64,000 bases of DNA from Eledone cirrhosa (lineage: Eukaryota): assembly GCA_964016885.1 (NCBI GenBank), contig OZ024743.1, positions 116,560,001-116,624,000 of the forward strand, written 5' to 3'. Each line of letters begins with the position of its first letter. The first letter of the stretch is position 1. Both the position numbers and the translations under genes were made by a program. Of the stretch, positions 12,654 to 26,569 are shown in pieces. The notes below the pieces were generated by a model that saw only the letters and a program-made list of their open reading frames with translations, did no database searches and was not told the origin of the DNA.

Positions 12654-14533
12654 TACCCGTTTAACGGAATATTATATGGCACTAAGAATGATAGTTGTCA
12701 ATCATCAGACCGAAATGTGAATTCATGAACTATCGATAACTACTTTAGCAATATTTGATATTTTTTATTCTGTCCTCTGCTCCACTTCAGAATAACCAAC
12801 TGAGCAGTGTTTTTGTTTCATTATTAGTGATCAAGAAAGCTAATTACTGTAGTTTCTTTCACTCGAACAATAACAGTCCAAAGTCGATAATTTGATAGCT
12901 TCCTTTCACGCACGTAACACTTGTCTTATACCTGATTAGTCATATATACACTAATAAATGTTGCAACGTAATTCTAAATTGCTATCTTTTATCAACTAAT
13001 TATCGATCAGAATCGAAAGAAATTTTAAATCAACTCTTCAATAGCTACTTTAATGGAATGCAATGTGTATTACATTACGAGATATTTGCAATTAAATTCT
13101 GCGATGATAGAAAAAGAACACGGAGCATTCAAATCTATGAACCAGCAAGAAACAAAAACAATTATGTGAGTGAGAACTACAATGTGTTTACGAGATTTTA
13201 ATTGAAAGGTTAAGCACTTAGAACCTTCAGATACAATGCCTGAACATTGTAAATGATACATATACAATGAGAATCATAAGATATGTACAATATGTTGATA
13301 TCTCCCGGGTTGCATCTCCATAACTCTAACATAACATTTGAATTAATGAAGACTTCTCACATTTTACACCGCAAGAGCAATGGGATTTATTCAAGCAATA
13401 TAATCTCTCTTTCTCTCATTAATTTGTATAGTCATTCATGCATACGTGTAATTTTGCGAGTTTAATAAATATAGATAAATATTTGAATTATATATATATA
13501 TATATATATATTAGAAAGTGAGGTTTTATTTACAAAATGAAAAATAACCGAGGTGTCCTACACGAGTGAAAGTATAAAGAAAAAGAGATGAAATCGAAAA
13601 TGCAACTGGAGTCTTATTTTTTTTTTTTTTTTTAATATTTATTTGGTTCCTTTACCGGTTTCGCAGTTCTTCTGCTTTTCAAAAGGTGAGTTGAGATGGA
13701 GGGTCTGTGGTTTTTCTCACATCTGGTTGGTCTCTGAATGTTACTTGTTTCATATGGAAAAAGTGGCTCGAAATGCCAGGTTTTTCGAGAAGTAATTTGA
13801 TTGGTTTGTCAATAATTATAATAAATTTCGCGCCAGTTCGCGTTACAATAGTTCTTCAAATAAGAGGGGGGGGGGGTTGTCGCAGGTTGTTTTTTTCATA
13901 TATGAGTGTTTGAATTTCTTTTTACTTGAAAAAAGGAGGCTCACGATGGCTTTTTTTTGGTTGGTTATAAATGAAATTATGGCTGTCACGTGAACAAATT
14001 TTCATTAAATTTGTGTGCCCTTATTTGGAAATCCATTCTGTAGCCTTTTTAGAGAATTTTTTGATAACTGAAAAATAATGGTCAAGAGAAAGGGATGGGA
14101 GAATTGTTCTGGTTCAGTGAATATGGTTAGTTCGCTGGGGTGTCAGAATTCAGATTTTCTATTGAATAAAGAAAGTAAAGATATGTGTGTTTATTTGTGT
14201 GCTTGTGTGTGTGTGTGCGTGTGTGTGTGTGTGTTTGAATTTCTTTACTTAAAAAAAAGGTGGCTCTCGAAGGCTTTTTTTTAATAAACGTGATTTGATT
14301 GGTTATAAATGAAATTTGGCTGTCACGTGAACAAGTTTTCATTACAATTTTGCGCCCTTATTTGGAAAACTATTCTGTAGTCTTTATAGCGAATGTTATG
14401 ACAATGGAAAGATAGTGGTCAAGAGAAATGGCATTGGGAGAATTGTTCTGGTTCAGTGAATATGGTTAGTTCGCTGGGGTGTCAGAGTTCAGATTTTCTA
14501 TTGAAGTGAAGATATGTATGTTTATTTGTGTGC

Positions 14534-14573
<40 letters not shown>

Positions 14574-14966
14574 TGGAAGATGATTCTATTAGTAGAAATG
14601 GGGGAGGGAGTTGTGTGTGCGTGTATATGGGTGTTATGCGTGTGTGAGTATGTTAAGATGGAGAGAATATATATTTTGTGTGTGTGTATATATATATGTG
14701 TGTAGGAAAGTGATTCTATTAGTAGAAATTAGTGTGTATATAGTGTATATATTCTCTCCATCTTAACATCCTCGCACACACACACATAACACCCATATAC
14801 ACACTAATTTCTACTAATAGAACCACTTTCCTACACACATATATATATACACACACACAAAATATATATTCTCTCCATCTTAACATACTCGCACACACAC
14901 ACATAACACCCATATACACACACACACAACTCCCTCCCCCATTTCTACTAATAGAATCATCTTCCA

Positions 14967-15038
<72 letters not shown>

Positions 15039-15339
15039 ACACACAAGCACACAAATAAACATACATATCTTCACTTCAATAGAAAATCTGAACTCTGACA
15101 CACCAGCGAACTAACCATATTCACTGAACCAGAACAATTCTCCCAATGCCATTTCTCTTGACCACTGTCTTTCCATTGTCATAACATTCGCTATAAAGAC
15201 TACAGAATAGTTTTCCAAATAAGGACGCAAAAATGTAATGTCACGTGACAAATTTCATTTATAACCAATCAAATCACGTTTATTAAAAAAAAGCCTTCGT
15301 GAGCCACCTTTTTTTTAAGTAAAGAAATTCAAACACACA

Positions 15340-15383
<44 letters not shown>

Positions 15384-15531
15384 CACAAGCACACAAATAA
15401 ACACACATATCTTTACTTTCTTTATTCAATAGAAAATCTGAATTCTGACACCCCAGCGAACTAACCATATTCACTGAACCAGAACAATTCTCCCATCCCT
15501 TTCTCTTGACCATTATTTTTCAGTTATCAAA

Positions 15532-15718
15532 GGGCGGTGGATTGGCAGTATCGGTAAGGGTCGGACGCCATGCTTTGAAGCATAGAGTTACCTCCCTTTA
15601 TGATCTGAGTTCAAATCCCGCCGAGGTTAACTTTGCCTTTCATCCTTACGGGGTCGATAAAATAAAGTACCAGTAATGCACTGGAATAATTGCTGGCCTT
15701 GTGCCAAAAGTAGAAACA
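15532..15718 (+). mobile_element. Young tRNA-derived SINE with 20-bp TSD
   Basis: Box A tggcagtatcgg, box B gagttcaaatcc, and core gcctttcatccttacggggtcgataaaat (resembles the Meta/MESC domain). TSD attatttttcagttatcaaa at 15512-15531 and 15719-15738. The empty site is preserved in the other arm. Confidence 0.93.
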
Positions 15719-16114
15719 ATTATTTTTCAGTTATCAAAAAATTCTCTAAAAATGCTACAGAATGGATTTCCAAATAAGGGCACACAAATTTAATGAAAAT
15801 TTGTTCACGTGACAGCCATAATTTCATTTATAACCAACCAAAAAAAAGCCATCGTGAGCCTCCTTTTTTCAAGTAAAAAGAAATTCAAACACTCATATAT
15901 GAAAAAAACAACCTGCGACAACCCCCCCCCCCCTCTTATTTGAAGAACTATTGTAACGCGAACTGGCGCGAAATTTATTATAATTATTGATATAAACCAA
16001 TCAAATTACTTCTCGAAAAACCTGGCATTTCGAGCCACTTTTTCCATATAAAACAAGTAACATTCAGAGACCAACCAGATGTGAGAAAAACCACAGACCC
16101 TCCATCTCAACTCA

Positions 16115-16152
16115 CCTTTTGAAAAGCAGAAGAACTGCGAAACCGGTAAAGG
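16115..16152 (+). ncRNA. Minimal hammerhead with C3U/G8A core (copies at 13649-13686 minus, 39563-39600 plus, ~39146-39183 minus decayed)
   Basis: cctt-TTGAAAA-gcag aagaa ctgc-GAAA-ccgg-TA-aagg: compensatory U3-A8 pair, palindromic ACCGGT stem III, GUA cleavage triplet. Confidence 0.85.
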
Positions 16153-16221
16153 AACCAAATAAATATATATATTTTAAAAAAAAATAAGACTCCAGTTGTA
16201 TTTTCGATTTCATCTCTTTTT

Positions 16222-16252
<31 letters not shown>

Positions 16253-16968
16253 CTATAATTGAATATAAAAGAAAAACGAACACAGACATATACATATGTG
16301 TGTTCAAATCTGAAGGGACCAGATTCGCTAAGGTGAAAAGAATACTAACTATAGACAATAGGTTTTGCCTGTCTCAATTTAAGAAAAAATCAAGAAAATA
16401 AATACAAACAGGAATTGTGGTAACTACCAATCACCCAGACAGCGTGGTGCTGTTTCGCAAGACTAATTAATTGTGAATAGAAATACCAATTCTTGTTAAT
16501 CAGTGGGTGACAATTTAGTATCCTAGACACTTCTAAGTATATTAAGCAACTAAATAGTGTGCCATATATAATAACGCACATGGTATCTTAGCGTGCCTCA
16601 CAAACTTACACCAATAAAAAATAGCAGCCAGGTTTATTCGACATTTGAAATAGCTCAACAAATTAACGGAGCCAAATATATCAAAGGTATATATTGAGTT
16701 ATATGTATATTATTAATATTGTTGTTGTCGTTAATATTATTGATGTTAATATTATTATTGTTATTATTATGTTGTTTTTTTCTCGTGCAATGGGGCAGCC
16801 ATCATATATATATAGCTATACATATATAGTAGTAATAATAATAATATTTATACTTTTATATGAGTTATATATAATTATACATATGGAGGGTCGTACTAAG
16901 CACTAGCCAATTACCAGTGGGAGAAAAGGCTCAATATAAATTACCAAATGTATTACATATATATATAT

Positions 16969-17718
16969 ATATTCTTAAGAATATAGTGTACATAGGTGAG
17001 ACAGCTCGTAGTATAGGGGAACGGATAAGTGAACACTAGCGAGAGCTTCAAGTTAGTAAAGAATCATCTGTACTCCACCAACATGCTAAAATAGACATAA
17101 GGGTAAATTAGAGAACAATAGACATAAAAATAGAATATACACACAGTAAAGACGCAATGTTTAGACAAATCACAGAGGCAATAATGGACATAATGGACTC
17201 CAACGAAAATTAAATAAAAAAACAGGAATGGAACAGCAACATCACAACTTACAATTAAGGACAAAATGAAAACACACACACACATAGAACAAACAACCAA
17301 CCAGTAACATATAAATAAACAAATAAATAAACAAATATAAACACACACAGACACCCGGAGGTAAAACATGCGCAAACTAAGAACACAACACACGCACAAA
17401 AAAATAAGATGGCGTAGGACAGAACAAAGGAGAGGCACAAAAACAAAGAAAATAATCCCCAGTCACTGAAGAGGTCACATAATGTGTGACGAAAGAACTT
17501 TGACAATATATGAACAATCGTCTGGTTGTGGAACCAATCAACCAACCGGATATTTATAAATTCCTAAATTTATGAATTTAACTTATAATAAATTGAGGTG
17601 AAAGCACCTGGTGCGTGTGTTTCTTATTGGCAAATTAACCCCCCCCCCCCATGCATAATAATATCGGTTTCAACACACGTTTTCAGATAAAGCATCTTGC
17701 TAAACAAATTGAGAAACG

Positions 17719-17721
<3 letters not shown>
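16969..17721 (+). mobile_element. 5'-truncated PLE, family C (GIY-YIG tail plus pLTR)
   Basis: ~16986 reads VYIGETARSIGERISEH*RE. HHR at 17462-17504. Homologous to 37510-38160. Confidence 0.88.
17462..17504 (+). ncRNA. Hammerhead, family C (copies at 37366-37408 minus, 37908-37950 plus, 50977-51019 minus)
   Basis: gtca-CTGAAGA-g-gtcac ataatgt gtgac-GAAA-gaac-TT-tgac. Confidence 0.85.
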
Positions 17722-17785
<64 letters not shown>

Positions 17786-18061
17786 GGACAATGAAGAAAC
17801 TGTGATGCATCGGAACACAATTTATTACGTACTACAATTGTTTCTCCGGCGAACAGCTCGAGGTGCGATCTGTTTGTGGATCGAATCGACTCTGGATTCG
17901 CAAGTCCCTCAGATACGTCTAGTGATTTCGAAGCAAATTCTTTTTCTGTAGGACTTCGACCCTTCGAAACTTTATCATCTGCCATCATCATGTTTGTGCG
18001 ACATTTAGATTGGTTGATAGTTCGTGACGTCATCATAGTGCTTGACCTTTGAAATCTGCTC

Positions 18062-18162
<101 letters not shown>

Positions 18163-18740
18163 CGTATAAAATCATGTATATATATATATATTTGAAAAGG
18201 AAATAAGTTTCTATGCAAAACACAGGTTATAGAGAAAATGTGGAAATGTAAAATATATTTAAAGGAACTGTTTTTCTTTTTTCTTCTTTGATCCGTCAAA
18301 ACAATTTGTTTTAAAGGTGGTTTTATAACGTATAAAGAATATAAAATATAACTGGTTTCGCTGTATCAGTTTAATCTACCTTACCAAATGTTGAAAATTA
18401 CAATTAAAAAATAAATAAAAATAATTAAAAATGTTAAATTTAAAATTAAGTGCTGAAGAAGGTCTGTTCAACTTTCTTGTTGAGAAGAAGACTGGGCCTA
18501 AAATGGAACCTTATATATATATACAGAGGTAGTTATGGTAATAGTAGTAATGGTGGTGGTGGTTGTAGTTGTGTCTTTTCGCAGAACAAAATTATTTTTA
18601 GAGAGCGGAAATTTGTATGTATATATGTGTGTTGTAATTCTCAATCTAAACTATAATAAAGGAAGGTCTGCGGGATTGCGTACTGTTTATTTTTTGTTAT
18701 CCTGTTTGTAAAATAAGTTGGATTACTTTGAATAAATAAT

Positions 18741-18923
18741 TGTTTCTACGTTAGGCACAAGGCCAGCAATTACCCAGTGTATTACTGGTACTTTAGTTTA
18801 TCGACCCCGTAAGGATGAAAGGCAAAGTTAACCTCGGCGGGATTTGAACTCAGAATAGCAAGGGCCGTAACTCTATGCGTCAAAGCATGGCGTCCGACCC
18901 TCTACCGATACTGCCAATCCACC
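18741..18923 (-). mobile_element. Young SINE with 16-bp TSD
   Basis: Same family as 15532. TSD actttgaataaataat at 18725-18740 and 18924-18939. Confidence 0.92.
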
Positions 18924-18956
18924 ACTTTGAATAAATAATGAATGAATATTACATAA

Positions 18957-19010
18957 TTTATCTACTCAATTTCGTTTATCTACTCAATTTCGTTTATCTA
19001 CTCAATTTCG
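18957..19010. repeat. 18-bp tandem repeat, three copies
   Basis: tttatctactcaatttcg three times. Confidence 0.9.
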
Positions 19011-19479
19011 TAAACAAAAATAATTTCGTAAAAATAAATAATTTCAAATTGACTTCTTTTAAAAATTGCACTTCCGGTATATCGTCGCCACCACCACTAC
19101 TTCAACTACCATATATATAGAAAGAGAGAGTGTGTGATGAGAGAGATAGAGAGACTATGACTTTCTACACGCTGACATCTATATGTATGAGTATATAACT
19201 AGTATCAGTATGTAACTATAATCGCGCAAATACAAACTTATAAAAATAAACTCTCACGGACAAAATTCACACAGATACACATACGTTCACACAAATAGAC
19301 ATCCCAGGTAAGGCACTTGCCTCTTGACCAGGAGCACAGAGTACCACCGTCAAGTTTCTCATCAATTCAGGACAACCCAGACGGTTCCAAAATTGAGGGG
19401 ATGTCGATAAAATAAAGTACCAGTAATGTACTGAGTAATTGCTGGCCTCGTGCCTAAAGTAGAAAGAATTATATATGTA

Positions 19480-20570
19480 TATTTAAAAAATGGAGGGGTA
19501 ACACACGAGTTATGATATATTGGTAAAAGGAAAAGAAAATGCTGACAAATTGTTTCCAGTGAAAAATAGTTCAATTAGGAATAAGTAAAAATTAGTAATA
19601 AGTATTGGTTAGTATTCAGTTTTGGTTTTAAGTTTTTACCGGTTGCGCATTTCTAATGCTTTTCAAAAATAATTTTGAGATAGAGCGCCCGTGATGTTTG
19701 CTCTAATCTGATTAGTTTTGGAAATTCTACCTGTTTTATGTGAAAAAAGTGGCTCCAGATGTATTAAAATAAGTTTCGCGCCAATTCGTGTTGCAAAAAT
19801 TATTGTGGTCAAAACAATTTTGATTGGTCGGTAGAGGTCATGTGAATGTTAAAAATTGATTTTGCGCCAAATGTAGGTTTGTCTCGGCTGATTGAGAAGT
19901 CACTGTAAAATAAGTCTTTTAAGACAAATATGTGTGTGTGTGTGTGTAGTAGTAGTAAAGAGGTTCCTTGTTGTGATAATTGTTTCTACTTTTGGTACAA
20001 GGCCAGTAATTACCCAGTGCATTACTGGTACTTTATTTTATCGACCCCGTAAGGATGAAAGGCAAAGTTAACCTCGGCGGGATTTGAACTCAGAATGGCA
20101 AGGGCCGTAACTATGCGTCAAAGCATGGCGTCCGACTCTCTACCGATACTGCCAATTTGTGATAATGGTCAGTAGCGATGTGTGTGTGAATTGCAGTCAT
20201 GTTGACAGGTCAACAGTTCAGGTGCCTATTAAGACAAGTGTGTGTGTGTATCTGTGTGTGTGGGTGTGTGTGTGTGTGTAGCAGAGTAATTCGTGGTAGA
20301 GGGATCGGTCAGTAGGAATGTGTCTGTACGTGTGTGGGGGACATTTTAACATGTTAAAAGATATTTTTCAGCTCTTGTCTTATGCGCAGGAGTGTGTGTG
20401 TGTGTGTATATGTCTCTTTGTATGTTAGTGTACTCGTAAGTATGTGTGTGTGTATATATGTATGTATGTGTGTATATGTGTGTATGTGTGTGTGGGGGGG
20501 GGGACCAGTATTTTTGTGATACTGGTAAAGATGGTGTACATTATTCGATATTTGAAGATAATGATATGAT
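19480..20570 (-). mobile_element. Older pLTR of PLE family E, interrupted by a SINE
   Basis: Aligns with 40501-41480. HHR variant at ~19633-19670. Confidence 0.82.
19981..20156 (-). mobile_element. Young SINE with 10-bp TSD
   Basis: TSD ttgtgataat at 19971-19980 and 20157-20166. Confidence 0.9.
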
Positions 20571-20949
20571 AGGCACCCAATATTTTAAACTGGTTTATAG
20601 AATTCCCTTGGCCTTTCTCACTCTAAGTAGAACTTTAAAGAATTAGCTTTTAAAGAATTTCCATTTTCTTTAAATCCATCCACCATCAGCGACCCCCAAC
20701 GATCTTATAGACACCTGAAATATAGGCATTGTTAGCTTAAGAGAAACTTAAAAATAAGGAGTGGTACCCATTCTGAACTTGTTTATAGAATTCTTTCTGC
20801 CTTTGTCACTCTAAATATAAATTATAGCTTTAAAGAATTAGCTTTCAATGAATTACCTTCTATCAAGCAATGACCTGTAGCCATTCCATCCCCACACTCT
20901 CCTACCACATGAAAAGAGCTATAAATACAACATTTATTTTCGGAAAGCC

Positions 20950-21000
20950 AGATTCCTGATGATTTGTAAAGAATGAAACAGTTCTAGTCCTGTAGAATCT
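20950..21000 (+). ncRNA. Hammerhead motif next to (TA)n
   Basis: agattc-CTGATGA-(weak stem II)-GAAA-cag ttctagtc ctg-TA-gaatct. Confidence 0.7.
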
Positions 21001-21002
21001 CA

Positions 21003-21066
<64 letters not shown>

Positions 21067-21068
<2 letters not shown>

Positions 21069-21315
21069 GTTAGAACACTGGAAGGTAATTGCCCTAGTGG
21101 TAGAGCACTCAGTCCATGGGAAGAGTTAGGTAGAAGTGGTTACACAACAGTTAGTTCACCATACCGATAACAATTGTTTCACCTTAGCGGAGCCTCAGCT
21201 CCTAATGGACATGGTTATACGGAACCATGTCCATTGCGAGCTGAGGATCCGCTAAGGTGAAACAATAGCTCTCGGTAAGGTGAACTAACTGTTGTGTAAC
21301 CACTTCTTTCTCTCT
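21067..21315. mobile_element. Miniature fold-back element with two hammerheads, family G
   Basis: Arms 21132-21216 and 21223-21307 with a 6-bp spacer and ~64 extra bp on the left. HHR cgag-CTGAGGA-tcc gctaa ggt-GAAA-caa(t)tg... at 21237-21274 and in the mirror arm. Confidence 0.85.
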
Positions 21316-21382
21316 ATATATATATGCCAATACTGGAATTGAATAATCCAAACCGTAGCGGTATGTCACTTATCAAATTATA

Positions 21383-21445
21383 TATTTTGTCTGATGAAAA
21401 CGTATTTAAACACCATAGTACATTTGAAATATCTATAAGAAAATA
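21383..21445 (+). ncRNA. Hammerhead motif in a TA-flanked pLTR fragment (family F-like)
   Basis: tattttgt-CTGATGA-aaacgta...tacattt-GAAA-tatcta-TA-agaaaata. Confidence 0.7.
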
Positions 21446-21488
21446 TATATTTTGATTATGAGAATATTTTTCATTTGCTAACCTTTTG

Positions 21489-21555
<67 letters not shown>

Positions 21556-21901
21556 CACATACGTACATATAATGAATATAGCGTTTGACGCTAGTTTTCT
21601 ACTGAATCTTTTATTTCTCATTCTATGTTTAGATGAAAAAGTAGTATCCGAATCGTAATAATATACAAGCTGAAACAGCTTGGCATTGCGGTTGTAATTC
21701 ATGCATTTGTTGTTGTTATGAGAACGGTATCTTCGGATGAAATGCGACTACGTGATATTCCACCGGCAGGAATAACGCGCCCTTTTGCTTGTGTGATATA
21801 CAAATCTGGCTGATCAGTGCATCTGCTAATATGCAAATCTGGCCGATCAGTCACTGTATATTTTAGAAAATATCATATATTTTCACTAACTCTGACAGCG
21901 A

Positions 21902-21947
21902 GCTGTACTGATGAAGGCTAATACCCAGAAACATTAGTGTATGCGGT
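21902..21947 (+). ncRNA. Hammerhead motif in a TA-flanked fragment (~21570-22082)
   Basis: gctgta-CTGATGA-aggctaataccca-GAAA-cattagtg-TA-tgcggt. Confidence 0.7.
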
Positions 21948-23129
21948 TCTGTTTATATGCCAACGCAAGAGCAAGAATGAAGGGTTCATTCTACTGACAT
22001 GGCTTTAAAAATTAGGCTTGTTGGTATAATTGCAAACGAATCGAATATTATTATTAATATTTGAAAAACACAGATTACAGTTATATATATATATAACACG
22101 AGTATCATTCATGTAACTGGCAGACATTAGAGAAAAGTTAATAATTCAATTGTGTAAATAACAGCACACGTCTATTTTTAATGGAGAATATAACCTGTTA
22201 TAATGCTACTGCTCTATGTTTAAAGAGAATATGATGATTTTGCTGTTTGTTTTAATTTACCTTCCCCGTCAAAACCTTTCAGTGTTAATGGTATTTTGAA
22301 ACTAATTTTTCTCAGATCAACTGTCCAAGAATGTAATATTCTGTCAAGGAATGACAGATAAATGAACCTTGCTTTTATGTTGAAGGTAGTGTTTTTAGAT
22401 TTTATCCGTACGATGTTTTGAGTGTATATATTAAGATTATGGTATTTGTTTCATTGCTTCTCTCGGCTATAGATAAATAAAGACAGTGTATTAATGCTGG
22501 AGGATGTTTTAATGCATTCACGCTGTACTAATTTAGAATTTTTGAAGTGAATGTATTTAGATAATCGGATTCACTTCGTTAGACAGTGAATTAGCACAGT
22601 CGCTTGAACGTTATCTAGAATGATTTACGTTAATATTTCTGGCTCTCTCCTTGCTCTGATTTCAAGTTGCATCCAAGTCAACTTTGACTTTCATCCCTTG
22701 AGCGTCGATGAAAAAATTCCCCAATTCATTATCGGGATCGATGCTTCCTCTGCATTTGTTTCTCACTCTCTCTGTATCATACACAGACTCACACACACAC
22801 ACACACTCTTTCTCTCTCTCTTTCTCTCTCTTTGGAAGAAACCGGCTAAATTACGGACACCGCCAAGTTGAAAAGGCCTCTACAGCTCCCCCAGGCTTCA
22901 TGTTTTCACTTTATTGCTAAGTATTGTTTATTTTTCAGTATTAACTTACACTTAGAACCGAATTGGAATCGAACCTCCGTCGGTTTGGGCGAAGATTGTT
23001 ACAGTTGTTCTTTCAACAGTGAAATTGTTTGCATCGCAATTTCATTATTTCTACTTATAACTCTTTGTGTTGTATCTTGGAATTTTTTGTCAATATTCTC
23101 GTGTTTATCACGCAATAGTGTATGGGGAT

Positions 23130-24680
23130 TGCCAGAATTGTTAGAGCGTCGGATATCATGCCACTGTGGTATTTTTCTTGTCCTTTATTTTCTGAGTTCA
23201 AATCCCGTCAGTGTCAACTTTGACTTTCATTCTTCCGGGATAAAAGAACGAATGTTATTGCTCAGTGTTGTTCCAGCATGGCATCGAGCCTCCATTATAG
23301 TTTATGTTGTACCATCAACGGAAAATAAATGTTTGGGTTTAATTTAATGAACTCATCCCTTCCTTCAAATATGCTGGTCTTGTGACTAAATTGACAATCG
23401 ATATTCTCATCACCTTTTGAGTAAAATAACTGCTTTTGTTTTGGTGTTGTAGATTTTATCGGTAGTTCAACTATTATGATCAAATCTCAGGTGTGGCGAT
23501 GATTTCTTCCATTTCGACCCCCATCTATGCAGTACTATTAAACATATATATCGTTGTTTGAGAATGCAGTATGCTTATGTTGCTATTACGTATATTATTT
23601 TAATTGTATTACAATGATATCTGAATTAACTGCACAATAATCATGTTACATCTAGCTGAACATTTTTTTTTATCTTTTCGTCGCTTGAACACGAATAGAT
23701 GCTGGAGTATCTGTCATTAAAGAAGATTTAATCACAGTTTCTAATTTAGGCACAAAACCAGCAATTTATGCGAGGGGAAACCTCGATTATATTGACCCAA
23801 GTACTTCACTGTACGCCAAATCAGAACGCAGAAAGTTGTAACGCAATAAGGCAAAATATTTTGTACGATACACGAACGATTCTGCCAATCCACCTTCCTC
23901 AAGAAGATTTAATAACAGTCGCTTTTTGAAACTACTACTTAGCAATCCATAGATAACCTTGGTTTTTCTGAAATCTTATGCCGAGTCTATACAACAACAC
24001 AACGAAATTGGAGAAATGCGGATTAAGACAATTAAAAGTTCAGATTACATTAATTTTCTATTACAAAAGCCCAGAGGATATTAGCTGTCAAGAACAATTT
24101 GCTTATGACCTTTAGTTTATTTATTCAGGTGAGATCTCCAAACACAAAATATATGTTTTATTTGAAAACAAGAATTGTCTTTCGACGTAAAAAACAAAAA
24201 CAATTTATATCACTAGATATATTAGCATATTAAACAAATCGATATACTTATTTAGAACAGTTCAAATGTGAACTTCAACAAATTATTTTCCATACCAACA
24301 GTTTCCAGTGTTTTGTTAGAAAATATTATATTCATCTGTAGGGTAAGACTATGTGAATAGTATAGATTCAGGGTGATTTATATGTCTGCAGACCAAAGGT
24401 TTAATTATCAAAAAATATTTAGTGTAAATCTTTTGTATCCTACATTAAGTGTTGAAATAACGTCATTGATATTATTTGGGATTGGTGGATTGACAGAATT
24501 GGCTGAACATCAATTACAATGCAATTGCTTTATTTGTTTTAATTCTTTATATTCTGAGTTCAAATACTGGTGTGATCAACTTTGCCTTTCATTGATTTGG
24601 TGTCTAATTTACTATTCAGGTTTATAGGATGATTTAATCAACATTGTCCTTCACCAAATATTGGTCATATGCCAATTCTG
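23130..24680. mobile_element. Three degenerate SINE copies (~23130-23240 plus, ~23735-23895 minus, ~24478-24680 plus)
   Basis: ctgagttcaaat box B and aactttg-ctttcat core remnants. Confidence 0.6.
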
Positions 24681-24769
24681 CTAATCCACCAGGCGTAACC
24701 AGTCTATAAAATGAAAGATTCTAGAAACGAATTTATCCTGGTGATTGCAATTGGTCACAATACCAAGCT

Positions 24770-25440
24770 GTCACGTCAGTGACCGTAATTCCTTTAAATT
24801 GTGTGTTAGATAAAGTTATTGCACGTTGTTTGAGGCCATCGTTAATTTAAATGGCTGTACTTAATGTATTTCAATAAACAGAGACATTTTAAAGCCACTG
24901 TCCTTCAGACTCCAGATTATATTGACAGATTTAAAGTTAATTCTATTTTTAGTTACGAAGATCTCTACAGACAAATTAAATTTACTTTTAAAAGAGTATT
25001 TTGTACGTTCAGCTTTGTTTCTTTGAGTATCTTTATTTTGTGCTTTATTAGGACTCAATTTCATCGCCTTAATTATGCTTGCACCAATTAATAGTCAAGT
25101 CTGGGTGTTTTAAGAATTACAAGCTGACTCTTAGAATGAGTGCTGTCTGGTTGTTTATTTGCTTTTAGTTGAGTTATCGGCGGAAAAGAGTGTGGAATTT
25201 ATGGGTGCCGTAATCATGTTCATCTAATAATGAAAAGGTTCTAGCCATGGTAGATTTCTGATGGAGTTGCATGAGTGTTTCTGGTGGAGTTACATGATGA
25301 TTTTCCTTTCAATTTTATCCAAACTGTAATAGTGTAACCCCACTATTATATCAATGGGAAGTGGTGCGGAAATGATATCTGACGGAATTTATCTTTTTAA
25401 CACTAACCATTATAAATCTGTTAAACCATATTAGCATAGG
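24770..25440 (-). mobile_element. Decayed PLE C-terminal (thumb/GIY-YIG) remnant
   Basis: Minus-strand traces LIWFN, HFP, KYSFK and IIWSLKDSG parallel family D WYNPPY, HFP, HSFR and YIWSLKD. Confidence 0.55.
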
Positions 25441-26219
25441 GTTGCTTATCACCGAAATACAGTTTTTCATAGGTATGTGTCAGTGTGTGTGTTTTATGTT
25501 ACTTCCTATTGTTATCCATGATACAATCATCCTATGAGCAAGAGCTAGCTGGCCATGAAAAAATTGTCCTTTAACCAAAATTATTGTGACTAGAATTGTA
25601 TTCCCCAATGTCTCCTTATAAACATCTAATACGACTATGTTGTGATTTGAGGGATATTTCGTTAATATATCTAGTACCTAAATAGATCACGTAAAATTTC
25701 CAAACATATATTGATCTGGAATGAAATGTGGACAACTATTTATAATTTTAATTAAACATAAACAATAGTCAATTACTCGATATATTTATATTGTATGTGT
25801 ATGCAGACGAATGTATGGCTGTTTCATAACAAAAATGTATATACGTATGTGTTTGTGTCGATATCTCATATGTTTTTCTTTATAATTCAATTTGAAAACA
25901 TCACATTAACTTTTGTTCTATATTTGTCTCTCTATATATATCATTTGTATATAAATTATATAAATTATTGTTTCTGATGTTTGACTTTTCAAACTCAGAA
26001 CTTTCTGAAATATTTAATTTATTATTAATATAGGCTGCCTTTTATTGCAAATATCATTTATTTATTGAACTGGAAATAAATGTGAACAGAGTTTGATGTA
26101 AAGCAAAGATGTTTATAAATTTAATTAAAGAATAACAATAGATAATTACTATGTGAATTATTAAGTCTATCTCTCTCACACGCCAACACCCCCTCCGGTA
26201 TATATAGATATATATGCAT

Positions 26220-26292
<73 letters not shown>

Positions 26293-26569
26293 GTGTGTGT
26301 GTATGTGTGTGCGTGTGTGTGTGTTATATATATATATATATATATTTATATATTGTATATATATATATTCATGTGTGTGGGGGTGTTTACGGTCGGAGGG
26401 ATACAGGAACGTTAAAAGCAGAGTGTCCGAACTAATGAAACGTTTGGTTAACATCCCAGACCTTGTGAGTGCATTTTGAAGGCAATCAGATAGACTATTC
26501 CCGCAAGTTAAAGGACCATCCTTCTCCCACAATGTGTCGCACTAAATCTCCCGGAGAATTACTTTAAAG

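Larger units (their letters stand above)
13511..16226. mobile_element. PLE-derived non-coding fold-back element, family A
   Basis: 13572-~14740 is the near-perfect reverse complement of most of ~14746-16226. The left arm has ~62 extra terminal bp, each arm has an HHR, and both sides are (TA)n. Confidence 0.9.

Noticed and set aside
16305-16350. CTGAAGG-gacc...ggt-GAAA hammerhead-like motif (other weak ones at ~18190, ~18350, ~18453, ~49050, ~51660, ~56835-56895)
   Set aside because: Core or stem I is too decayed to call, though some may be old HHRs.
20571-20855. Two diverged ~90-bp blocks about 190 bp apart
   Set aside because: An old local duplication inside a probable pLTR with no further signal.
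22306-22390. Apparent acceptor/donor-bounded exon
   Set aside because: Stops in all three frames and no further support.
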